Shown piece by piece: positions 26,061-33,631 of a DNA stretch of 34,250 bases (position 1 is the stretch's first letter; every line of letters starts with the position of its first letter). The translations under genes and the position numbers were made by a program. The notes beneath the pieces are model-generated. The model ran no database searches. It saw only the letters and a list, made by a program, of their open reading frames with translations, and was not told the DNA's origin. This stretch comes from a virus (lineage: Duplodnaviria; Caudoviricetes). The DNA lies in the IMG/VR virus record IMGVR_UViG_3300032285_003710, positions 1 through 34,250 of that record. One strand, written 5' to 3'.

Positions 26061-26233
26061 TTCTTTTTATTCTTTCTCTTTGAATATATCGAAGAACCGG
26101 GATCTCTTAGCTTATACTTCATGATCGCCTTACGCGTAGAGGCCATCTCTTCTCGCGTAAGATACTCTTCGTCGAGCGAGCCGAGTTTGTATTTGCTGAC
26201 GTACTGATCACCGCGTTGATGGAATTTGCTCAT
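26057..26233 (-). CDS. small basic protein (58 aa, absent from the ORF track)
   Basis: MSKFHQRGDQ...SKRKNKKK; its stop overlaps the bEBP start (ATGA). Confidence 0.6.
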   Translation of the reverse strand: MSKFHQRGDQYVSKYKLGSLDEEYLTREEMASTRKAIMKYKLRDPGSSIYSKRKNKKK

Positions 26234-26528
26234 ACTTTGATAGTTTAGTTTTTAGCCCTATGATCTCCCTCTCCAAGACAGAGATCCTCGCGGCCATTTG
26301 ATTCTTCAAATTAGTCAGATCAAAGATCATTCTGTCATAGTGTTCTTTATGATAAGGCATCTTGCTGATGTTTGAGATAGTGCCCCGTGAGACTCCGAAG
26401 TACTCGCCCGCTTGAACGCGCGTTAGATGCGGGTTAGCATGGATGTGCTCGCGGATGTGCATCTTCTCCTCGAAGGTGAGGAAGTAGTTCTTGCGTGTGA
26501 TATGTGTTGACTTTCTTGAAGGGTTCAT
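26208..26528 (-). CDS. helix-turn-helix protein with C-terminal coiled coil
   Basis: LTRVQAGEYFGVSRGTISNI HTH followed by heptads (LTNLKNQMAARISVLEREIIGLKTKL). Confidence 0.75.
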   Translation of the reverse strand: MNPSRKSTHITRKNYFLTFEEKMHIREHIHANPHLTRVQAGEYFGVSRGTISNISKMPYHKEHYDRMIFDLTNLKNQMAARISVLEREIIGLKTKLSKYEQIPSTR

Positions 26529-26550
26529 ATATGATTTAGATATGGTTAAG

Positions 26551-28722
26551 TTAACTGACAGACTCTACAGGTTCATCGTCATCATCTTCTTCTTCCTCAA
26601 CCTCAACGACGCCGGAGGATTCAGACGCCGTGAGATCTTCGGCGGTAAGTCTCACGACCGCCGCCTTATCCTTGAGTGCCTTCTCAAGTTCTCCCGCCAG
26701 ATCGACGTTCGATGACCCGATTGCGTCTACGGATTTCAATTTTCTTGCAAGCTTAGGAGCCATGTGATCACTGAGGATTGTGCCTTCGGGAACATAGATC
26801 TCTTGCAGTGTGTCGGTGAGGGTTGTGATACGGACACAGCGACCGAGAGCTTGAGCAAACTCCTCTGCCCAATAGGTCATCGTCGATGCGACTTTGCGTG
26901 GGCGTGTATGGGCATAGCGATGATCCAGTGATATGCCTGTGCCTCCGCTTGAGAGAGTATAGATACAGAACTCCGTCTCGCCATTGAGGAACGCTTGCAC
27001 GTTCTCATGTCGTTCCTTTTGATTCTGATTGTGAAGCTTCATCTCTCTTAATTTTTCATTCCTCGCGGCGAATGCATCCTTTGTCATCTCTCGGAAGATA
27101 CGCTCGGAGGTGTACTTGATGCCCTTGTGGAAAGCGCGGAATTCTTCCTTGGTTATCCCAATGTCATCCGCTTTAGGCTTTCTTGCTTCATGAGGATTAT
27201 CAAGAATCCACATGCCCATCTTCGCAGCGATCTCTGCGGCGCGGGTTTCTGGGAGAAGCTCCTCGGGCTTGATCTCTTTGTTGCCACCCCAGATTAGGGA
27301 TATTTTGTCTTTGGTTAGACCCTTAGACTTAAAGTATTCACTATCACAGAGCTTCATCACAAGCTCCTTGAGAGTCTCTGTGAAGCGAATTGCTATGACT
27401 GGCGCATAGCCCTGTCGATGGGCCTCGATCGCATCAGCGACCCAAGTGTCTACGGTGGCAAGCTCGGCCGCTCGGGCCATGACCATGAAGGCGACCATGA
27501 CTTGACCTTGTGGATCTATTGAGCGGCCTGTTCTTTCAATCGCCTCAAGATAATTCTTCATCGCATTCTTGAGCATGTTTTGATTGGCGGGATCAGTGAT
27601 CTCAAAGAGCTTGACTTTGTTGAGAGCCTTCACCTTTTGAGGATCGCCCGGCGGCTTGACTAGTCTATCTCCTAAAGCACCAGCCCAGCGTTCGAGTGCG
27701 GCTGCATTCGCCGAGCGAGGATCTGCGCCGAGAGTTATAGTGCGTGCGAACTCTGGGAATGTTTCTCGCGTGAGAGGTCTTGCTCCATAAGGAAGTCTCA
27801 TAGCGAGAGTCATAAACATCGTATCCCACACAGTCACAGCGGGCGTGGCTGAGGTGAAGACCCACTTAATAGATGGGAATTGAAGGAAAGCTTCGAGGTA
27901 TTTGGTGCGTTTAGACTTCTCTTTCTTAATCTCCTGACACTCGTCGAGGATGATGAGCTTTGGAGCGGCCTGTTCAGGCAGGTTAAAGCGGATCACGTTC
28001 GTCGCTTGACCGAAGATCTCCGTTGTCTCAGTCTTAAAGAAGTTCTTGTTCTTCGTAGAGAAGACTTCGTTGTATGACCACACATCCACGGCGAGGCCCA
28101 CGCTTTCAAGACCCAGTTTCTTGAGGGTGTCTCGGAAGTCAAGGACGACAGACTTCTTGGTGATGATTAGGATCGGCGGAAAGAGACCGAGAAAGTTACA
28201 GAACTTTTGAGGGTCATGTTTTTGTAGCCACAGCGCGAGACCTGCGGCAATCCAACTCTTACCTTTGCCCGTTCCTAAGGGAACGAGGGCGCCGTTGAGG
28301 TTGTCTTTGTACAGTACATCGAGCAAGGCCGCGATAGCTTTCTTCTGCTGGGGCTTGAAATCTAATCCACCCGGGAGTTTGATATCTATGGTGCTGTAGG
28401 TTCTTTTCTCCCTCAAGGCTGCTTCTTCTGCTAAGCGGAGAGCTTCTCGTTGTTGCCTCAAGGGCGCTTGATTAACCCAGCCTTGAAGAAAGCCGAGCAG
28501 TGTAGCGTAATCGAGCTTTACGGTGGGGATTGTCGTGAGATTTAATTCACGCTGCAAGAAGTCCCACTCATAAGGCTCTTTGCGATAGAGATCGGTGAGC
28601 TTCTTCGCTTGCGCGCGGGCTGTGGTGAGTGCTGTTTGTTGAAGACGATCTTCCTTGGAGGTATATTGTTCAGTTTGAACAGGTGCCTTACGGACACCCG
28701 CAGGAGTAGAGAATATATTCAT
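26551..28722 (-). CDS. superfamily 2 helicase/ATPase (SNF2 / strawberry-notch-like)
   Basis: GTGKGKS, ILDEC, SATP, GGTGISL, QALGRCVR; acidic C-terminal tail. Confidence 0.85.
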   Translation of the reverse strand: MNIFSTPAGVRKAPVQTEQYTSKEDRLQQTALTTARAQAKKLTDLYRKEPYEWDFLQRELNLTTIPTVKLDYATLLGFLQGWVNQAPLRQQREALRLAEEAALREKRTYSTIDIKLPGGLDFKPQQKKAIAALLDVLYKDNLNGALVPLGTGKGKSWIAAGLALWLQKHDPQKFCNFLGLFPPILIITKKSVVLDFRDTLKKLGLESVGLAVDVWSYNEVFSTKNKNFFKTETTEIFGQATNVIRFNLPEQAAPKLIILDECQEIKKEKSKRTKYLEAFLQFPSIKWVFTSATPAVTVWDTMFMTLAMRLPYGARPLTRETFPEFARTITLGADPRSANAAALERWAGALGDRLVKPPGDPQKVKALNKVKLFEITDPANQNMLKNAMKNYLEAIERTGRSIDPQGQVMVAFMVMARAAELATVDTWVADAIEAHRQGYAPVIAIRFTETLKELVMKLCDSEYFKSKGLTKDKISLIWGGNKEIKPEELLPETRAAEIAAKMGMWILDNPHEARKPKADDIGITKEEFRAFHKGIKYTSERIFREMTKDAFAARNEKLREMKLHNQNQKERHENVQAFLNGETEFCIYTLSSGGTGISLDHRYAHTRPRKVASTMTYWAEEFAQALGRCVRITTLTDTLQEIYVPEGTILSDHMAPKLARKLKSVDAIGSSNVDLAGELEKALKDKAAVVRLTAEDLTASESSGVVEVEEEEDDDDEPVESVS

Positions 28723-28726
28723 AATC

Positions 28727-29032
28727 TTATAGGTCCATCAACTTCGCGATCACTTCCTCAGCATTCTTGAATCCATAGGCTTGTGGTGTGCGTGAGATCA
28801 AAGAGATGTACTCGCCGAAGACGATACTCTCTGCGGTTGGTTTGTCAAGTAGGGAGAATGAGCGATTGATGGCGTCACGTTTGTTGAGAAGGGGCGTGAG
28901 TTTCTTTTGAAGAGAGATCATCTCATCCTCCAGCCGTTGGCGTAACATTACATTCTTGGTAGTAGCCTTGTCCATCTTGGCTTTGAGGCGCGCTGCTTCC
29001 TTCTGACATTTCTTCTGTAGGTTTTTGTTCAT
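28727..29032 (-). CDS. hypothetical coiled-coil protein
   Basis: 101 aa in the operon chain. Confidence 0.55.
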   Translation of the reverse strand: MNKNLQKKCQKEAARLKAKMDKATTKNVMLRQRLEDEMISLQKKLTPLLNKRDAINRSFSLLDKPTAESIVFGEYISLISRTPQAYGFKNAEEVIAKLMDL

Positions 29033-29636
29033 TTTCTTTTTGATTTTCTTGGTTAATTTTTTCTAAGAGACCGCGAGTGTCTACGATACGGAGGACTTCT
29101 TCGATGGGAAAGTAACAGTTGATATTGTTGAACGCTCCTTTGAGAGCGTCGTTAAGTTGTCTGCTCTTATTCAGATAGACCTCTTCGCCCTGCGATGTGA
29201 TCGCGGCGGCAACTTCAAAGGCTTTCTGTTTGGTGAAGAGCTTAGCTTTGCTTAACGCATCTGCGATCATTTCGATCCGCAGCTCTTCCGCTTTTTTGTG
29301 GAGGAAGGATATGTCAGAGGCAAGGTGGTTTGCTCGTAGTGTTCTTCGTCTTTCGTCGCTGAGATTCCATTCCGTTGAGTCCCAGATGACACTATAGCTA
29401 AGTCCATCTTCGTCGATTCTCTGTATATGGATATGTTCACCCGCGCAGTGAGCTTTAACCCAGTCCGCTGTTTCATTTGTAGCAACAATCGCATGGGCAA
29501 GATTATTTCCTGCAGTTCTGCGGATAAAGTGGCCTCGCTCTGTATCGACATGACAAGAGCAGGCTGGAAAGAGCAATCCCCAGAGGGATTCGCTTGTTGG
29601 CGTTGAGATTTCGTCGTTTTCATTTTGAAGAGGCAT
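28923..29636 (-). CDS. hypothetical protein
   Basis: 237 aa; start overlaps the rpoN stop. Confidence 0.6.
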   Translation of the reverse strand: MPLQNENDEISTPTSESLWGLLFPACSCHVDTERGHFIRRTAGNNLAHAIVATNETADWVKAHCAGEHIHIQRIDEDGLSYSVIWDSTEWNLSDERRRTLRANHLASDISFLHKKAEELRIEMIADALSKAKLFTKQKAFEVAAAITSQGEEVYLNKSRQLNDALKGAFNNINCYFPIEEVLRIVDTRGLLEKINQENQKENEQKPTEEMSEGSSAPQSQDGQGYYQECNVTPTAGG

Positions 29637-30909
29637 AGATTTTCCTTAAGTGCGAGGGTTGAATGCCTAGTTCGGCTCTGTACTTTGCGATCGTGCGGCG
29701 AGCGATGGTGTTCTTTAAGAGGACAACGATGTCTTCGTCGCTTAGTGGGCGAGATTTATCTTCTTTAGATATAATCTCTGCGATCTGATTTTTAATGCTT
29801 AGGTTTGACTGCATGGTGTTTTCATTGTGGTTGATGATAGCTGAGGTGAAGAAGAATCTTAATTCATAGGTCCCTTTTGGGGTGCTTATGTATTTGTTAT
29901 GCACTGCCCGCGAGACGGTTGTCTCATGGATCTCACACACGAGAGCGATCTGCGCCATGATAAGAGGCTTGAGATCTTTGATATTCCCCGAGCGGAAGAA
30001 GTCTGTTTGATAATCTACAATAGCCTTCGTCACGTTGAAGAGTGTAGATTGACGCTGCATGATCGAGCGGATCAAGAACTTCCCTTGCTTCACACGCTCT
30101 CGAATGTATTCTCTGTCTTGCGGCGAGAGCTTATCAAGGTAATTCAGATATCCTTGATTGATCTTGTAGACAGGCAGACGCTCAGCGGGGATCGTGATGT
30201 TGAGATCTTTGTCAAGAAAGATCTCTGCGTCTTTGGGTGTGTGCGTTGAATGGGTGAACTCTGAAGCGGGATTGTAGTTTAGCTTTGCTAGAGACTTGTA
30301 CAGATTCTCTATCGTTGTGAAGGTCTCGTTGTATTTTTTACTTAAGAGAGGAATCTGACGGCGCGTGAATAAGTCTTCGTCTTGTTGGAGGATCTTGTAC
30401 GCGAGAGAGTCTTCTGGGAGTTGAAGACAAAGACAGTCTGCTAATCCCAAAGCGCCTAGTCCGCGTGGTTCTAGTGTGCGGATAAAACGCAAAGCATCTC
30501 TTTGACTTGTGCTGAGTGCATCCAAGTCTCCCGTATAGAATCCGCGCTCGTCGAGCAGATGAATGATTGACAGATCGTGTTGTGCTATAAGAAGTTCTCT
30601 CTCAAGGAACTCTTCAAGAGTCTCCTCTCTCGCGGGGTTATTCTCTAGTGGATACTCCTCTCGGGCGGGCAGAGAATACGAACTAGTCCACTGCATGTCT
30701 TGTGGAAGTTCTGCTTTGTCATTGCGAAAGAGGATTTCTTCTTCAGGCATCTCTCTATCGAGGAGTTCTACGCAAGGATTATCCTGCGTGAAAGACTCCA
30801 TCAAGGTATGGAGTTCACAGAGAGGAGCCTGTAGTAGCGCGAGACTTTGCTGGAGTTGAGGACTCAGGATAAGACTCTGAGTCTGCTGTACGTTAAGTGA
30901 AAACTTCAT
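29620..30909 (-). CDS. rpoN: RNA polymerase sigma-54 factor
   Basis: Region I QQTQSLILSPQLQQSLALLQ..EL...NP; core-binding LDERGF, LEPRGLGA..L.DCL.LQL; HTH LKPL...IA...IHETTVSRAV.NKY..TP.G..ELRFFF; ED...PLSD; RpoN box ARRTIAKYR. Confidence 0.98.
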   Translation of the reverse strand: MKFSLNVQQTQSLILSPQLQQSLALLQAPLCELHTLMESFTQDNPCVELLDREMPEEEILFRNDKAELPQDMQWTSSYSLPAREEYPLENNPAREETLEEFLERELLIAQHDLSIIHLLDERGFYTGDLDALSTSQRDALRFIRTLEPRGLGALGLADCLCLQLPEDSLAYKILQQDEDLFTRRQIPLLSKKYNETFTTIENLYKSLAKLNYNPASEFTHSTHTPKDAEIFLDKDLNITIPAERLPVYKINQGYLNYLDKLSPQDREYIRERVKQGKFLIRSIMQRQSTLFNVTKAIVDYQTDFFRSGNIKDLKPLIMAQIALVCEIHETTVSRAVHNKYISTPKGTYELRFFFTSAIINHNENTMQSNLSIKNQIAEIISKEDKSRPLSDEDIVVLLKNTIARRTIAKYRAELGIQPSHLRKIYASSK

Positions 30910-30935
30910 TTGTCTGGTGGTTGATTCAGACTATT

Positions 30936-30963
30936 GCGATAGAGCCTAAAGTATGCCAAGTTT
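30936..30963 (-). promoter_or_regulatory. sigma54-type promoter P2 (upstream of rpoN)
   Basis: AAACTTGGCATACTTTAGGCTCTATCGC: TTGGCA and GG-N10-GC; 21/21 identical to P1 outside the 7-nt spacer. Confidence 0.8.
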
Positions 30964-30983
30964 TGGCATCTGCGAGATGCCAA
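30963..30983. promoter_or_regulatory. palindrome of two extra TTGGCAT boxes abutting P2
   Basis: TTGGCATCT-GCG-AGATGCCAA. Confidence 0.55.
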
Positions 30984-30998
30984 TACTTGAAACACCTC

Positions 30999-31035
30999 AA
31001 AGAAAAGCCTCTGTGAGATTGCTCCCACAGAGGCT
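30999..31035 (-). terminator. Rho-independent terminator
   Basis: AGCCTCTGTG/CACAGAGGCT stem followed by TTTCTTT on the - strand. Confidence 0.85.
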
Positions 31036-31084
31036 CCTTGTGATTTAGTTGTATTGCAGATTACTTCGTGAGGAAGTAAAACTA

Positions 31085-31732
31085 TTAGACCTTGGCGCTC
31101 TTCTTGGCTTCGCGCTTGGCCTTCGCGGCCGAGAGTTCGTTGGCCTTGGCCAGAAGCTGCGCCAGAGAGGCTATCAGGTTGGACTGCTTCGCGATCGCAG
31201 CGTCCTTATCAGAGACGCCCAAAGAGCGGGCAGTGTCTTCGGTCCACTCGCCAGCCAGAGCGAACACAATCGAGCCGATCTCAGAGCGGATGCTCTCGAT
31301 CTTCTTGAGGACAGACTTCTCAGTCTCACGATCGGCGCTGACGCCATAGATAAAGGCGGCGAAATAGTCGGGCGTATTTCCTTTTGACAAGTAAGCCTCG
31401 CTAGCGTCTTCGGCGATATCCAGCAAGTGCTCGGCGACGAGATCGCTCAAGGCGTTCGACACGCGCTTGGTCTCGGTCACAGAGCCATCTTCGTTCTTAA
31501 CCTTCGTGACGTGCTCAGTGGCGATCTCAGCGAGAGCTTCGCCGCGCTTGATGTAGTATTGCAAGTCGCTCACAGCCAGAACGGGCTTCTGGAAGGAGAC
31601 AGTGCGCTCGGCGCTCTTCGCAGTCTTACGGACGTGACGCTCGCTGGTGGTGAACAGAGGATTGCCATCGGCGTCGCTTTGGAACACGCTACCGGCAAAG
31701 GAGGCGACGAGTTCGAGGTTCTTAGTGCTCAT
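31085..31732 (-). CDS. hypothetical protein, monocistronic, with K/A-rich C-terminus
   Basis: 215 aa with its own promoter (P1) and terminator. Confidence 0.8.
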   Translation of the reverse strand: MSTKNLELVASFAGSVFQSDADGNPLFTTSERHVRKTAKSAERTVSFQKPVLAVSDLQYYIKRGEALAEIATEHVTKVKNEDGSVTETKRVSNALSDLVAEHLLDIAEDASEAYLSKGNTPDYFAAFIYGVSADRETEKSVLKKIESIRSEIGSIVFALAGEWTEDTARSLGVSDKDAAIAKQSNLIASLAQLLAKANELSAAKAKREAKKSAKV

Positions 31733-31829
31733 TTTATTTTGTATTTCTAACTTTGTTGGTTGTTTGTTTTGGGATGTTTACGGTCGCGCGACCTTAGACA
31801 TTTCGCTTGTCACCAACGGGACTTGCAAA

Positions 31830-31857
31830 GCGATAGAGCTTCTTGAATGCCAAGTTT
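31830..31857 (-). promoter_or_regulatory. sigma54-type promoter P1
   Basis: AAACTTGGCATTCAAGAAGCTCTATCGC; located just downstream of a terminator. Confidence 0.8.
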
Positions 31858-31869
31858 CGTGTAAGCTCT

Positions 31870-31902
31870 AAAAGTAAAAACCCACTCAGTGAAGAGTGGG
31901 TT
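31870..31902 (-). terminator. Rho-independent terminator
   Basis: AACCCACTC/GAGTGGGTT stem followed by TTTACTTTT. Confidence 0.85.
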
Positions 31903-31955
31903 GTAATCTGTAATGCGTTGGCTGCGTAGCAGCGGGCGTAAGCCCTTGTGATCTG

Positions 31956-32255
31956 TTATTTGATCACGACGGCCAGAGTGAGAGCATTCTTTCTGATCTC
32001 TCGGATTTGACGCGCCGCGTTTGCGAGATTGCGGGCGGCAGATGAATCGGGATAGCCTTCAACGTGAACGAGTTCAAAGCCGGGATGCTTTTCATCCATT
32101 ACACACTTTAGCTTGTGAACGTCTGAGGCTTCATAGATATGAAGCTCTTTCTGCTCATCGAGATAGAAGGCTGCATAGCTTCTGTGTTTAGCCATGGCGG
32201 TTGCGTTGCGGGAAAGAACCTCGTTGATGAACGAGAGTTCGGCTTGTTTTGTCAT
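31956..32255 (-). CDS. hypothetical protein (paralog of 33341-33631)
   Basis: 99 aa from ATG 32255. Confidence 0.7.
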   Translation of the reverse strand: MTKQAELSFINEVLSRNATAMAKHRSYAAFYLDEQKELHIYEASDVHKLKCVMDEKHPGFELVHVEGYPDSSAARNLANAARQIREIRKNALTLAVVIK

Positions 32256-32376
32256 GTTGTGTTTGTCGCTCGGGCGTTGTGCCTTACTAGACAAACGAGA
32301 TCTTGCATCTAATAGACCATCTGATCTGGGAAGCTTCTGAGCTACGCTGGCGGCTACGCCGCTGACGCCTCACGGA

Positions 32377-32523
32377 TCACTTCGCATATCGTGGTTTGCT
32401 TGATGCCTTACGCTTTACGTCATAAGCAATAGCGAGAGCTTGTTTTTGAGGCTTTCCTGCTTTTAGTTCAGCTTTGACGTTCTTACTGAACGCTTCTTTA
32501 CTAGCAGATTTAACAAGAGGCAT
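32377..32523 (-). CDS. small basic phage protein (48 aa, absent from the ORF track)
   Basis: [48 protein letters not shown]; matches the widespread MPL.K..S.....N...E...GKPQKQA.AIA phage family. Confidence 0.8.
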   Translation of the reverse strand: MPLVKSASKEAFSKNVKAELKAGKPQKQALAIAYDVKRKASSKPRYAK

Positions 32524-32594
32524 AAGTGATATTTATTTCGACTGTGTTGCTTTATTACAACACAAACAAAATAAACATCAACTATGCCACCTGT

Positions 32595-32768
32595 TTAGTT
32601 GCCGCCGAGGATCTGACCGAGTTCTTCGGCGGTGAGGTTGAAGTCTACGCTGTAGATATTCTCAGCGAGGATACGCTGGATGTATGTGTGAACGTCTAAC
32701 GAATTACTAACAGGTGCGAGACAATAAGAGTAGAAACCCTTAATGTGCGAGGGGATTATGATGATCAT
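32595..32768 (-). CDS. hypothetical protein (57 aa, absent from the ORF track)
   Basis: ATG lies 3 nt after the upstream stop; frame is open to TAA at 32595. Confidence 0.55.
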   Translation of the reverse strand: MIIIIPSHIKGFYSYCLAPVSNSLDVHTYIQRILAENIYSVDFNLTAEELGQILGGN

Positions 32769-32771
32769 AAG

Positions 32772-33032
32772 TTATGCATCCTTGATTGTTATGTTTGTTG
32801 TACCGGTTTGAAAAGCTGCGCCGTTTGTACCTTTTGCCTTGCGCGCAGTGACTCTTTTATGAACGCGAAAAGCATCAGGGTGCATAGGTTGAATCGCGCC
32901 GCCGGTCTTGTGGCCAAAGTTCAGCGCACCCTTATAGCTCCACTGAGGAGCGCATTTGATACAGCGATCGAAGCCTAATGCTTTGCGATCGGTGTCGATG
33001 ATTTGGAGACATCTTAAGCAGCGATTTGTCAT
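32772..33032 (-). CDS. DksA/TraR-like C4 zinc-finger protein
   Basis: CLRC..IDTDR..LG..RCIKC. Confidence 0.6.
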   Translation of the reverse strand: MTNRCLRCLQIIDTDRKALGFDRCIKCAPQWSYKGALNFGHKTGGAIQPMHPDAFRVHKRVTARKAKGTNGAAFQTGTTNITIKDA

Positions 33033-33163
33033 TTCTTTTTAGTGAATAAGTTTTTAATGAAAAATGCCACAGTGCTAAGAGCTAGAATGAAACAAGCTCC
33101 GAGCATGACAATAATCATAATAACGGCATGAAAGATTTTTTGATTTGGTGATCTTTTTCTCAT
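33029..33163 (-). CDS. small single-TM membrane protein (44 aa)
   Basis: MRKRSPNQKIFHAVIMIIVMLGACFILALSTVAFFIKNLFTKKK; ATGA overlaps at both ends. Confidence 0.65.
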   Translation of the reverse strand: MRKRSPNQKIFHAVIMIIVMLGACFILALSTVAFFIKNLFTKKK

Positions 33164-33300
33164 AGGAGTTCTTCCTTTCCAATATCCCATCCCGGACCAT
33201 CATCAAGAGGCTCGTCGTCGTAGATGCTCAATTCACGACGCAAGTCTTCCAAGGTGGGATTTTGTTCTGTCTCTTCGATTGGTTCTTGTTTATTGTGCAT
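33160..33300 (-). CDS. small acidic protein (46 aa)
   Basis: MHNKQEPIEETEQNPTLEDLRRELSIYDDEPLDDGPGWDIGKEELL; stop overlaps the next ATG. Confidence 0.6.
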   Translation of the reverse strand: MHNKQEPIEETEQNPTLEDLRRELSIYDDEPLDDGPGWDIGKEELL

Positions 33301-33335
33301 AAAATAAAAAACCTGTAGTTATTCACTACAGGTTT
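33301..33335 (-). terminator. Rho-independent terminator
   Basis: AAACCTGTAGT/ACTACAGGTTT stem followed by TTTATTTT. Confidence 0.8.
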
Positions 33336-33340
33336 CAAAA

Positions 33341-33631
33341 TTAGGTTGTTAGCAGATTTAGTCCAATACCTTTTGAATTTACTACTAATTTATTACAAAA
33401 CTTAAATGCTTCTCTGACTTGTCGCGCTTCTTTATGGCGCTCAAAAGCTAGTATTGAATGCAACTCCCAATCGGGATTGCGCTCTTTGAAATATGCAACG
33501 GATTTGTTTACGTCCTTTGCGTCAAACGCATCATAACTATTATCTGGCTTGTGATAAATCAGAATAAATGTTGGATTTGTGGATTGCTGTAAAGCTTCAT
33601 TGGTTTTAGCCAATGCGCTTTGCAACGCCAT
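33341..33631 (-). CDS. hypothetical protein (paralog of 31956-32255)
   Basis: 96 aa from ATG 33631; the upstream ATG lies in a terminator loop. Confidence 0.7.
   Translation of the reverse strand: MALQSALAKTNEALQQSTNPTFILIYHKPDNSYDAFDAKDVNKSVAYFKERNPDWELHSILAFERHKEARQVREAFKFCNKLVVNSKGIGLNLLTT

Noticed and set aside
27955-27970. GGC-N7-AAGCTC match on the - strand
   Set aside because: It lies inside the helicase CDS and lacks the upstream AAA and downstream TC; an isolated core match is plausible by chance.
29620-30909. rpoN as host contamination or a prophage flank
   Set aside because: It overlaps a phage-type ORF, has phage-type genes on both sides and no bacterial neighbours, and its promoter motif recurs at phage replication genes.
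32575-32590. TGGCATAGTTGATGT as a sigma54 promoter
   Set aside because: It has GT rather than GC at -12 and is better explained as an arm of the long hairpin.
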